Source: Tricharina praecox (lineage: Eukaryota). From it: a stretch of DNA of 64,000 bases. The position numbers and the translations under genes were made by a program. The stretch spans positions 434,001 to 498,000 of the forward strand of contig NW_026250416.1 in the NCBI RefSeq assembly GCF_024521635.1. Reading direction: 5' to 3'. This document shows positions 1-12,412 of the stretch, piece after piece; position 1 is the first letter of the stretch, and the number at the start of each line of letters is the position of its first letter. The notes beneath the pieces are model-generated. The model did not search any database. It was not told the origin of the DNA and saw nothing but the letters and a program-made list of their open reading frames with translations.

Positions 1-120
1 GAGGTCGAGTGTCTCCTGGCCGGAATGATCTACAAGGGCCTCATGAAGGGGTACATCTCCCGTGAAAAGAGCATGGTGGTGCTCAGCAATAAGGAAGCAT
101 TTCCCGGGACTGGCGTGTAG
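1..120 (+). CDS. csn12: 3' end of a PCI-domain protein, CSN12/PCID2(Thp1)-like; partial, runs off the window start
   Basis: Frame 1 reads [39 protein letters not shown] (TAG 118-120). This matches from memory the winged-helix C-terminus of fungal CSN12/PCID2 proteins (EVECL.A.MIYK.L.KGYI......VVLS...AFP). Confidence 0.8.
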   Translation, partial: EVECLLAGMIYKGLMKGYISREKSMVVLSNKEAFPGTGV

Positions 121-626
121 ACGAATGGAATGGGGAGACTTGATGTAACTATTTGCTTTGATGTGCGTTGACGAGAATGAATAGGCAGTCTACATATGCT
201 GTACTTTAGATGAAAAACGAGAATACCTATTTACCATTACTGAAGAATCCCACGGAGTGTGTTTCTTCTTCCCACAGTGTTTTTTACTTATCATTACAGC
301 CGCTACATACAAGTGCACGGAAATTACAAACGAAACTGTTCACGCTTAGACTCTATCCAAACAAACAGGTGAACTGTGAAGTACAAACGAGAAAGATGAG
401 AAAAGAGAAAAGAGTAATAAAAAAAAACAAAAAAAAACAAAACACATAACCCCATAGTATCATGCAACCATACTTCGTCACTTGTGCCGCTCATCCCCCT
501 AGTAGTAATAGCAAAACAGCAAAATGAAAAGACAGATAAATGAAAACAAAACATAGAAAAATCCGCATCCAGATGATAGTGAGTATTTTCGCCTTGTCCC
601 CCCTTCCCCCATTTCCCCCCTTTCCC

Positions 627-3600
627 CTAGAATATCCACCCCCAACTCCTCCTCTTCATCTTCTTCTCCTCCCTAACGCTCAACAGCGTTTCCTTGTGTC
701 CCTTGCCCAGACTCTTCTCCCTCGCCTTTCGCGCCTTCTGGAACCCCGCCGCGGCCTCCTTATACCTCTTCCTCTTGGCATGGACCTTCGCCAGGGTATG
801 CACACCCATGAGCGAGATGGGGTGCTCAGAGCCCAGCGTATCCTCGGCGGCCTTGACGGCCTCGGCCGCAAGCGCCTCCGCCTCCGGCAGGCGCTTCAAT
901 TTCACCGCGGTAGCGGCGAGGTAGCACGCGCACTTGATCGTTTCTGGGTGGCTGTCGCCGAGCTTCTCCTTGAGGCGCGCGAGCGCCGTCGTGTACAGAC
1001 TGTGCGCTTGCTCGTAGCGCTCAGAGATCCGGTGGATGTTGCCCATTCCGACGGTTGCCAGCAGGACGTAGGGGTGGTCGGCGGGGAGCCCGGAGATCAC
1101 CGTGTTGTAGCCGGCTGAGGCTGCGGGCATCGCCGCTTTGTTCTCGTGGGCTACGGCGAGGTGGTACGAGGCCACGAGGGTTTGCGGGTGCGACTTGCCG
1201 AGGCTGCTGGTAAGTGTATTGAAGACGCGCTGGTGGAAGGTGAGTGATCGCTCGTAGTTGCCGGTCTCGCCGCTGAGGAGGCCGTGCGTAGTGAGCGTCG
1301 AAAGGACGTCTGGGTGCGTGTCGCCGAGAAGTTTTTCCTGGAGGGGCTCGAGCGTGTTGATGTGCTGCAGGGCTTTTGAGAAGTGGCCTTGTTTGGTGAG
1401 AACGTCGGCGATGGAAGACGTCGTGGCGAGGGTGAGCGGGTGCTGGGCGCCGGATTGCGTAGTGTAGCCAGAGAGTACCTGCTGGTACAGCGCGAGCGCC
1501 TGAGAATAGTTTCCCTGGGATTGCAGGATATTCGCGGTGCAGGACTTCGCGACGAGAGTGGAGATTCCATCCTTCCCCTGCTTCTCCTCGAGTCCGCCTT
1601 CCGCAAGTCGGCTCCAGTCCAATGCTTCCGCATACTGTCCACGGAGACACAGTACCTTCCCAAGACTCGTCGCCGTCTCAAACTCGCGAACATCCACACC
1701 CAGCGCTCTGAATCCCGCATACGCCTTGCGATACTCCTTTTCAGCATCCACGTACTGTCCCAGCCGCAGGTATATATCGCCCATCTTCGAGACAGTCCCA
1801 AATGTCCACGGATGCTCGGTGGTTCCAAACAGCTTCATCAGACCATCCAGCACCTTTTCATGACAGCTCAACGCTTCAATGTACCGTCCCAGTCGTGTGT
1901 ATAGCTCTGCCATTCCATCCAGCGTCTCAAGTGTAGAGTGGTGATGTTCGCCGAGCGACGCCATCTTCCTATCCAGCAGCAGCTGGTGTGCATCCAGCGA
2001 CTCGGAGTGTCGTCCCTGCTTCTCGAGCACACTGGCAACATGTCCCAGTGTCTCCAGCGTCGACGAATGATTAGGTCCGATAGTCATATTCTTCTCCCTT
2101 TCGCCCTGAACTTTCTGCAGCAGCTCGAGCGTGGCCGCATAATTCCCCTGGCTGAGGTAGACGAGTGCTAGACGCTGCTGCGTCTCGAGTGTGATTGGAT
2201 GTCCCTTCGCGCGCTTCTTCTCCTGCGCAGCCAGTACCCGCTGATACTCCACCACCGCCATATCGAACTGTCCGCGGCTGGTGTGCAGAATCGCGATATG
2301 CTGGACGATGGAAATGGTCAGGACATTATCTGCGCCCAGCGCGCGCTCCATTCCTTCCAGCGCCTGCTTATACCACGTCAGTGCTTCGTCGAGCTCGCCT
2401 TGCGACTGCAGATTCTGCGCGTAGGCATCCATGATCTTGAAGTCCTGTGTGACACACGTATTCTTCTCCTTCCATTTCAGCGCTCTCTGGTATAGCGCCG
2501 CGGCCTTCCGCGGGTTTGCAAGACGTTCGTAGGCTCTCGCCAGACTGTACGCAACCTTGCGCGTCCGCTGATCCAGGAATTCGCCATAGCCGTTGCATTG
2601 GATCTCGAAGATTTCCGTGGTGAGCTCGATGTGCGGCAGGATCAGGTGCTCGTATGTGTATTCCGCTGACGAGGAAAGGCCTTCTTCGAAGTTGAAGCTC
2701 GCGGATACCATGCATGTGACGAGCTTCTTTGCCTCAACCATGGCGTACGGGTCCCTTTCGAGACGCCGGCGCACCCATAGGTGGAATAGCGGCTGGATTG
2801 AGAAACTGGTGTCATCGGGTTTGCTGGTGATGAAGGAGAACGCGAGCAGGCTGCCCACCGCCTCCAATATCGTCTGGTCGTCTAGGATAGCTGTTAACTA
2901 GTTGTCACATCGAAAAAGGGAATCATATCTGTACCTTTCATCCAGCTGACATCCTCCTTCCCTCCCTTGAGCAGCTTGATGGGAATATCCTCATGGGCAA
3001 TCAACGAACACAACTCCAGCAGATGTTTCGCCTTGACATCGAGTTTACTCCAGGTAATCCCCCAGATGGTATTAAGCTTGTGCTTGTCACCAGTCTCATC
3101 GGAGGAGTAGTCGAGCTCCGTCTTCAGCAGCTTGTGGTACTTCTGCAGGGAAGTTTTAGTAACTGCGATGTATGCCCCGACTTGTTCCAGCGCGAGAGGG
3201 AGCTGTCCGATCAGCTTGACGATGTTACTAGCCCATGACATATCTTTACACCAGTCAGCATCAGCAAGGGGGGGGGGGAAGTATACAGAGGAACCAACCA
3301 TTTCGAGACACGGTCCCAGGATCTTTGCCGGAGCTTGTGATCAACAGGTCCACGCTTTGGGCTTCACCGATGCTATCGGTGACCGTGACCAAGAGCGAGC
3401 CGGGGCAGGCATACGGCTTATTCGTGGACAGGAGTATATGACCCGTTTCTGACACCGGGATCACAATCTCCAGCTCGAACGAGTCAGGATCGTAGTTATC
3501 GACCATGAGCAGCCATCGGTTATTGGATTCGTGCGATAGCCAGTTCCGTAGGAGCTGCACGCTGGACAAGCGATTGGTAGCCTCCACCAATGCAGCACGG

Positions 3601-5311
3601 GTCATGATTGGTGGCTCAAAGATCTTCAGTGAGTGGGCGATACGTTGATCACGGTCCGGCGCAGTTTTCCATATCTTGTCGTAGTGCCCGATGATGCTGA
3701 TTACAGCGTCGTATGAGCTCGCCTGTAATTGCGAGGCGCTGCCAGCGTTGAGCCAGAAGACGGAGGAGTATTTCTGTTGATGCGTGTGGTATCTGTACAT
3801 GTACTCTAATAAAATCTGCGACTTCCCTGCGCCTGGGGACCCAACCAAGCTGATCGAGTTGCGGTTGAGAGGGCCTGAGCTGTCGTCCGTGAGGCTGTTG
3901 GGCCAGAGCCGTTTCCGAATCACCTCCAGCATTTCTTCCCGACCGCAGAAGTTAACGTTCCGCGAGAACGGAGACTTTGCTGGAATCGTGTATTTCTCGT
4001 CTGTATCGCATCAGCAAGGCAAATATCGGGCATTGAGCTCGGCGAAGACCTACCAGGCTTTGTCACATCTTGCGGAAGTGTGCAGAATCTCTTGATGCAG
4101 GAAACGATGCATAGGAGACCCGGGTCTGTTGACTTCTCGAACCGGCACATTTCAACGTGGGTGGCGTTCAAAGCATGAGTCCGCTCCCCTCTTCCCATGG
4201 TGGCAGCAGCCTCCTCGACGACCTGAATGCCGATGCATAAGATTTTAACCTTCCAACCAATGGTAAATAAAGTATCTCACCTGTGATGCCGAAGCTTCGT
4301 AGAAACACTCAACCTCAATGTGGAACTTATCCATCATATGCGGGAAAGTATTGAGCTGATCCCAAAGACCGGAACGCCCGTTCGGCAGTGATATCGAGCC
4401 GCGTTGCTCTGCCGAAAAGTGCCTCACGATCCGAGAGATTTTGGCCTGTAAGGACGCCTTACTGCCTCTGTGAGGAGTTCCTAGGAAGACGATGCCGCGG
4501 GTGGAATTCGCTAGGAAGCGCTGGGCATTCTTAGAGGTTCCCGACGCGATGATGGCCTATCAAGGGTCAGTATTTCGATCTCCCGATCCCGAAGAGGACA
4601 TGGCATGTTCCGGAGGGGATCTGCGTACATTCTTGCATATTAACCCGCCCAATCCATGACAGATGAAGACCACCGGCCTGCCCTTAATCTAGCCAGCACG
4701 TCAGTCGGCCATTCGCATATCCTCCACATCCGGTCCAAATACCTTGCTCTTCTTCCTCTCCTCCATGATAGCCAGCAGCAGATCCGTTCCCTGCTGCGGG
4801 AGGGCGCTCAATGACCGTTTCGTAGGATATCCGTACATGATGACTCTCGCATTCGAAACCTCCTTCGGAAGCACCTCCTCAGGCCAGAAGAAGTTCTGAG
4901 TCGCCCATGTGCGTCGTACGCCGTCGCCAAAGTCGTGTACGAATATTAGACTATTGAATCACACACACAGACACACTTCAGTATGGGGGCTCTTCCGGAG
5001 GTAGACGTTTGTGGGATAAAAAAGTTGGTACGCACTCGAATTCTGCGGAATCGCCAGGATTCCACACAACCGTAAGGCCTTCATCCTTGACTGTCACTGG
5101 GAGCACTGGGAGTAGTACTTTGGGTTCCTACAGAGCTTCAGTAAACGCCCTCCTTATTCATCGTCTTCTTCATCATCAACCACTACGACAGAAAATGGGC
5201 ATGGACTTTCTTTTCCCCAATCCACAACTACTGGGGACAAACACAACCAATATGTGTTTCGTTTTCCGTTTCCTCACAGTTTGCACAACCAAATGGGGGG
5301 ATTCTAACCAT
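627..5311 (-). CDS. Fungal NLR-like (STAND) protein: SesB-like alpha/beta-hydrolase N-terminus + NB-ARC + TPR repeat array; about 9 exons
   Basis: Manual splicing gives a hydrolase part: DLIFVHDFGDGVRRTW..FWPEEVLP..VSNARVIMYGY / RPVVFICHGLGGLICK / TRGIVFLGTPHRGS / CFYE / NATHVEMCRF. NB-ARC part: PFSRNVNFCGRE, Walker A GSPGAGKS, VFWLNA, Walker B WLLMVDNYD, ILLST, GQLPLALEQVGAYI. Last exon 2881-627 holds many ~42-aa TPR units with LG..HP.TL. Introns seen e.g. 2882-2934 and ~3245-3298. The start (ATG 5311-5309 as a 3-nt exon spliced to 5127) is tentative. Confidence 0.88.
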
Positions 5312-7039
5312 TCTGAAGAGCGATAGAAAGCTACGACGATGACGACGGCAGCGTGCAGCAAGATGCGGCGCGGCGCTGCAGGGTGCTCAATAGGAACGTG
5401 ATCCTGCCGTTCCCCCCAGAAACCCCCCGCAAGCAGGCGAATGAACGAGTGTGATTGATTGTAAGTGTAAGTGGTGTTGTCTCGATAGTTATCCGAGTAT
5501 GTAGCGATGTAAAACGGCCCTCGGAAACCCCTGGATAGAATGTAAATGACGTTGCTGAGCGCGCGTAGAGTATGTGTTGGGTAAATCGAGTGGAGCGAAA
5601 GAGAGAGCGCGACTGTACTATGTTGTCCGACGAAAACGGAGAAGGGGATAGGTTGGTTCGAATTAACTTGTCGCTGGAGGCATGCTTTTTCGTTGCGATG
5701 CGCGGACGGACGGGGCGGGGGTGCAGCGGGATCGTGGGGGGGGGGTGGGTGTTTGGTCGTATGTAGTTTTGGTGGTTGTGGGTTGATGAGGTAGGTGTCG
5801 AACAGATGCTGTGGATTTATGGACGGATTGGTTCGGGCTGGTTGGGGGAAGCTGGCAATTGTTTTTAGTGGCTGCTGCTTGTGTTCTAACCTACAAACTG
5901 CAACTGGCAACCGTGACAACCGCGAGCACGCGGACGAAACAACCAGGGTCCAAACACGGTCGCTAGTGCGACGGGCAAATTATGTGATTCGTTCACGCTG
6001 AGCGATGCGCCCTGCGATGAGGACGGCCTTGAAACTAGACGTATGCGGGGGAAGAGGGAGCTCAGGAGTGGACAGGAGCGGACAGTCGTGTGTGTCAGTA
6101 GGTGCTTCAGAGCCAATGCTGCTGCTGCGGAGAAAAATCACGGAAGCCGTGAAGATCCAGTGAATTTTTGAGTTTCTCGAAGAATCATCACGATCGCCAG
6201 GAAAGCCGACGCGATATCGAAAAGGGGAGGAGCATTTGGTTGAATCACCCCAGGATCGTGCAGCCACATTTCCTATGGCGCGCCACGAAGAAGTGGCCAC
6301 CGCTGCGAGCCCGGAGGATGACGCGTGCGGTATAAGGCATTCAGACGCGCCACCGCTCGCATTCCATACGATAGGTACGACGTCGTACGTCGCGACGACA
6401 CTTCTCTGCGGAACCAATAAGCATATATTTTGGGAACGGGGGCAGATCTGCAGTCGTCGGACATGTGATCGTGTTGGCGGATCGGCCCCAACTGAATCTA
6501 ATCTCAACGGGACGCTGCGATTCTGCGATTGATCGATTAGATAACCAACTACTGCCAATTAATTACCGGACAGCGTTCAACCTTGTCGGCTTTGTTTGCA
6601 GGACTCATCATCTTATGTATGCAGCCATGGCTCTTCTCCACCCTCCACCATCCGCATCAGCTCGTGCATGGGTCCGGCTTGTCGATGCAAAAACAGTGGC
6701 CGCCGACGAACTCCCCTAACGCGTCCCGGATCCGGCGGAGCGCGATTTCGAGCGCCCGACGCCCGGCGCCCGGCGCCCGCCCCTTGTGCACACATAAAAA
6801 AGGGTGGGATCTTGGCCGTGCTGATCGGTCTGTCTCGAAATGAAAACCTCTGCACAGCCATTTTCCGCCATCTCTTGATGCAGCGTGTGTAGATTTCTGG
6901 GGAAACGTTAGATGGACCAGGTTAGTTGCTTCCGGTGAATCCAAACGGGCCCGAGCTGGAATTGGGTATGGCGGCACATCACGAGCACTGCGTCATCAAA
7001 ATTCCTAAATATTCCTAAATATCACCCTTTCCATTTCCT

Positions 7040-8180
7040 CATGCTCTCCCTAAGAATCAAAGATACAACTGGCCAGGCATGAGAAACTGCACAATTGCCG
7101 CCCAATGGGATGATGTAAACGATGTGTACGATGCAGACGATGTTGGCAGGCACAATCCACAATCCACAGACTGGAATGCATGGTACGCGTACAGGTTTCA
7201 GGAGCACGTTAGAATCCGACAGATATGTGCATATTATCGTCATCTGCGAAACGACATCATGGAACTTTTATATGTATGATATAAAGATACATACCAACCC
7301 GGCACATGGTCACCTCCCGCACGAATCTGTTACGTACATACTCATATCGAAAGAAGTCACTCGCCCCCGTTGCCGGTATTTAGGCACGGTATTCCCCCGG
7401 CAGGCTTGTGGCCTTGACATCGTGCATGGACGAAGTACCAAACATAGGTAGGACAAACGATTGGTGAAGTGGAGATGTTGCTAGCGGCGGAGCAACTGGT
7501 CTACATAAAGCGGAGCGGCGGGAAGGCGGTTGGAGTCCATGAAGTAGTTGCAGCTATAGCAATATCTGACATTCGGGGGGTGATGGGTAACAGGTGGAGG
7601 AAGGTGGGATACGTGTCGGAGACGTGTCGAAAACGTCGAGCATGATTCCAAGTGATGGCAGTACTATAATGGCACTTCTTGTGAGGACCTATGTATGTAG
7701 GGCGGCTGAGTACCGTAGTCAATGCTAATGATGACAGCGGTGATTGCACAATCGGAAACATTCCAAGATTCTGCAAGCCCTCTATGCTGCAGCGCCCGTT
7801 GAGTCTAATGGCGGGGAGTGGTTCATCGGGCATCAGAGGCTTGAGCTCGCCGTTCGTTGGCAGTCGCGGGAGCTAATTTTTACTTGGGTTTATGGCCAAC
7901 AAAGCCAGTATTGCAACTGGGTATACCAATAGTGATGGGTTGGTTGAATACCGCGAGAATACGTGGTGGACAAGTTGGGGAGGGAAGTTGGCTTTACTAT
8001 ATACGGTACCCGAGTGGGCATGTTGGCAGAGTTATGTAGAGGTAAGCCATAATCCAACCGTCAATTCGATTCCAGGTCACGGCGAAAGTGAGGTTTTGGC
8101 ATCCGGTACGGAGGTGGAGAGCGACAAGTCAAAATGGAAGAAAGTGTCATATCATCTAGGGACAAGTAGATGGTGAAGGC
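7040..8180 (+). pseudogene. Possible decayed coding relic, Trp-rich; weak resemblance to fungal fucose-lectin-type beta-propeller blades
   Basis: Broken + strand fragments IRQICAYYRHLRNDIMELLYV*..PGTWS, DKRLVKWRCC*RRSNWST, NGGEWFIG and DGLVEYRENTWWTSWGG, separated by stops and frameshifts. By-eye resemblance only. Confidence 0.2.
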
Positions 8181-10254
8181 ATCTTGCCGATGGAGAACCT
8201 TGTCCACAAGTGTCTTAATATCAAGTCGCTTGAGAACATAAATGATAGATCTGGGTTGTGGATGTTGTCGAGAGGGAGAAGAAGTGGGCTGCAGCCGGCA
8301 GATTGTGGAAGCGGGCCCTAAGAACTGTACATTCCATTTATTTCCACGACTGAAAGCGCGCCACCGTATCTGTCAATCCCTTGCAGAAATATCAAGTTTC
8401 CGATAATACCTAGTCGTTGATTGCGTGCGTACACACGAAGTCACTCGATGGCGAAAGTTGTCCCGAAAATTTTTGATGTCCCTTTTCGTCTAAAGAAAAA
8501 GTAAACATATGTGAGAGACAGTGGGGGTAGGGAACAGGATATGTAACTGCAATGATTTAATAAGGCCGAATGTAATGATGATTAAGTTAGAAAAACAAAG
8601 GTAACATATTGAGGGGAGCGGAGGCAGAGGCGGCTTGGTGTCATCGGTGAGCGCCGAAGAGAGGAGACTTATTGAGACCTGGTTGGACCTGATCCAGACC
8701 CGATGCGGTCATTCAACGTTTATCTGTCTCTGTTGACACTATTTCTGTCTGACTGTCGTCGGTTTCCGGTCCTCAATGATCACCAGATCATCTGGTATCA
8801 TCACCATCGCTCTTCGACTTTTTCTCGAATTGATCCCGATTTTGAACCGTCACCCGATTTTGGGTCTCTCAATATGTGGTGTCAGCTGCTACCTACATAC
8901 CGCATTCGTGCCTGCCGTCCATTAGGCGTGGCTGGGTTCTTCCGTCTGGGAGATGAGCACCGTCCGAACCAAACCAAACGCCATAAGCGCGCAACGCCCC
9001 GAGCCATCTGGCCGTTATTTGCATACGGTCTCATAGTTACTGCATCAGCAGCTGTCTATTCGAGCAATCAAAGCGCCTGACCATGTGCTCTATGTACCAC
9101 CACGCACTCCCACACGCACTCTCTCGATGACCATTTCTCCCTATGTCATAGAACTTCTCTACCGAACGAACTTCTCTCGGGTACACACGCTCTTCTGGAA
9201 TATTTACTTCAAGACTCGCTCGCACACGCTTATCGCATCCCGCACCCCCAGATCCAGGGAAGCAGAAGCATGCGGCCTGCGTCGGATGCAAGCATCATTT
9301 TTCAACACACTCGGCAGCTATGACAGCCATGCAGAAATGCTGCAACTAATGGAAATGCACGCCCCCTCCTCCCCCCTCCCCCCTCCCCCCCACGCTATTC
9401 GCTCCAATGGCCGGCCTATTGCGGTCCGCGTTAGTCACCAGGCGGGATTCAAGGAATTGAGGTTTATATGTACTGAGATCGTATTGCCATAGTATGTAGG
9501 TACGTAGAGCTGAGAAGCGATTCCTTAGGAGATACAGCTACAAACATAGGCGACTGAGATGTTTGAACTTTGTGGTTCCCGGGAGCAGATAGAGGCCGAA
9601 GAAAATTCGCCATTCCCGGGAAAACCTTCAACCAAATTGAATCCCCAGAACCCTAGCCTGACGCACGAATACCTCACATAGATATTCATGTCGGATTTCC
9701 TTGGATCGGGTATTGGCTGCCGAAAGCTTCCGCCAAAAGGAGGAGGATGATCTCCCAGGCTCGAGCACACAGCTCTCCAGTTCAGCCCCAGCTCTTGCAT
9801 GCTTTTCGTATGTAACTATGTAACTACATATGTGCTCGATGACACTATGATGAATCGATACCCCATTATCCCATTATCGGTATCCCTGTCGCTGGCCGGC
9901 TGCCGAACGAAGGAAGGATCCCCATCCCGTCCATCCCTCAAGCTAGCGAGCGAGCGAGGGAAGAAGAAAAAAAAAGGAAAGGAAAGGAAATGGAAGCTTC
10001 GATGCGATGCGATGGCTCGATGAGAACTTGGCCTATGTAGGTAGTTAACTAGGTAGGCTGGGAAGATATCTACTGGTGTGTGTGTGTGTGCGCGCGTATG
10101 TACATATGGGAGGTGATGGATGGATCGGCTGGACTCGTATGGAAGCTTAATGCGATCATGCATACTTAACGGAGCTGTTGCCCTGCCCTGCCCTGCCCTG
10201 CCCCGCCCCTCACGACGAGTGCTCGTGGAAACCCTCCAAACATTATATCCAGCG

Positions 10255-12412
10255 ATGTCGGTTGATAGCAGTCGTCCGGGAGTTGGCGATGGTTTGTGGT
10301 CCATTGACATTCTCGCGTTGACCGTGGGAGAGCTAACATGGTGTGTGATCCGACAGTCATCTTCACCGCCTTCAAACCTATCGCCAAAATGGCGGCCATC
10401 ACGTTGGGCGGCGCCGTGTTGTGTCGGAAAGGCATGTCCCTCATACCTACCACGACCACGACCACCTCCACGAACACCTCTTCGACTTCCGCACGGATGA
10501 TAACGTTTCCCGTCTTGTGCTTGCAGGAATCCTATCAGCAGAAGCCACGCGGGCTAACGCTGGAATCCTAATCAACCTCCTCCTACCGATGCTCATTTTC
10601 TCGGCCGTCACCACGTCCTTCGATGCCTCGAATATCAAATCCGTCGTTGCCCTGGTGGTGACCGGTGTGCTGTACATGTTTATGGGATTGGCTTTTGGGT
10701 TCCTTGTGCGATGGCTCACGCCAGTGCCGAAGACGTGGAAGTGGGGGGTGTTGATTACTGGTATGCTCAGGCGTCCACTGGTGGTGGTGGTGGTGGTGGT
10801 GGTGGAAGAAGGGCTAATAGAAGTCTGCCACAGGTGCTTGCAGTAATGTTGGTGATCTGCCGATTGCGTTCGTGTTGACCATCGCGAAGAGTGCGCCGTT
10901 CAGTGGCGAGCAGGATGTATGTACTTCGGCGGCCTGATGTACGACCAGGCTGCTAATCATGAGGGGTATCCAGAGCACGAGGGGAATTGCCTATGCGTCG
11001 ATATTTATGGTGGTGCAGACATTAGCGATGTAGGTTCGCTCGTATACGCTCCTTTGTTCCAGTGTACTGACGGCCGTGTAGGTTCAGCCTAGGAGGTGGG
11101 TTTCGATCGCGGTGGGTTATGATCGCAGTAGCTAAGCGGAGCATCAACTAGGTGCGCAATTGCTCAAGCGGGACTTCCGCCCCGTCGAGGAATCGCCCGA
11201 TCCCGAAAAGGCCGCGGCCACGTCGTCGAAGCTCAAGTCGACCGTTACGGCGATCGCCAACCGAACGCGGAAAACTGTCGGGCTTGTGTCGCGACGTGCT
11301 GGCGGGCGACGACAGCCACCAGCATCGCCGGCGGTCATGCTCACTTGTGCGGCGGGCGGTACGGCAAGAACGGGAACTAGCCATTCGTCAGAGGAGGGTT
11401 ACAAGACCTCCGCCAATAACACTCCCAACGACGGGAACTCCATCGTCGAGGCGGACCGCGACCGCGATGTCATTTCCCCGGCTTCAATATCCGCGCATTC
11501 GATCGGCTCACGCACCGGCCCCGCAGCCAAGGAAACCTCCGCAATAGCCCGGCCCAACTGCATCAAGCGGGTATGGAGCGGATATATCGTGCCGGTATTT
11601 GCGCCGCCGTCACTTTCGTTGATAGTCGGCCTGATCGTGGCGAACATCCCGCCACTAAAGGCGCTGTTCGTAAAGACGGACAAGTTTGATATGCCCTCGG
11701 CGCCGGACGATAAGCCGCCGCTGGACTTTATCATGGAGATTTGCACGTTTGGTGGGTCTGCCGTGCCCGTAATCGGAATGCTCCTCTTGGGTGCAAATCT
11801 GTCACGCATGTCGATTAAGAACCTCCCCAGGGGTTTTTGGAAATCAACCGTTATGATGTCGGTTTTGAAGTTGGTCGTTAGTATGTTCTCTGCCTCGCCT
11901 CTCCGCGCCATTGACGCCGCCTCTTGCTGATGGATGTCCAACGCGCAGGTCCGATTGTCGGGATGTTGTGGACAAAGATGGTCATGAACCGAACGGGCCT
12001 GATTGATCCCGAGGAGAAGATGCTGCAGTTCATCCTGATCCTCTGTGCCGGAGGTGCCTACACATGCATCCTATCCTACCCGCTACACCTCCTTCCGCAG
12101 CTAACATGCAATTCCATTAGTACCGACTGCCACCCTCCAGGTGTATCTCACCAACATCTACGCCACAGAAGGAAGCGTTGAAACATCTGCGTTGTCTGCG
12201 TAAGACCCCACTCCCAACATCCCCAGTCAATCTAGATAGACGCAGAGTTAACTGACAGTTACTCCCTGGACCAGAATGTTGCTGGCGCAATACAGTACCA
12301 GTGAGTACTCCCCTCCTCCACTACCGAGTGACCCCGAAACTAACCATCCCACCAAACAGTGCTTTTAACACTAACGATCCTCGTATCTTACACCCTCAGC
12401 AACGCCCTCTAG
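10255..12412 (+). CDS. Auxin-efflux-carrier / PILS family membrane transport protein (yeast ECM3-like); about 11 exons
   Basis: Spliced product MSVDSSRPGVGD|VIFTAFKPIAKMAAITLGGAVLCRK|GILSAEATRANAGILINLLLPMLIFSAV...|GACSNVGDLPIAFV...|MFSLGGAQLLKRDF...PPSLSLIVGLIVANIPPLKALFV..PSAPDDKPPLDFIMEICTFGGSAVPVIGMLLLGANL...VPTATLQVYLT...LLAQY...YTLSNAL* (TAG 12410-12412). It has the two membrane halves separated by a long loop typical of the Mem_trans family. Confidence 0.88.

Noticed and set aside
540..2901. Multiple + strand and alternate-frame ORFs over the TPR exon; likewise antisense ORFs over DLD1, the methyltransferase, DUF4139 and 62059-63588
   Set aside because: Shadow ORFs caused by high GC3 in the real genes; no motifs of their own.
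5320..10200. Adjacent amyloid-signalling or HeLo/HET effector partner for the NLR
   Set aside because: No intact ORF with such motifs was seen next to the NLR, and the NLR N-terminus is a hydrolase fold rather than an amyloid motif.
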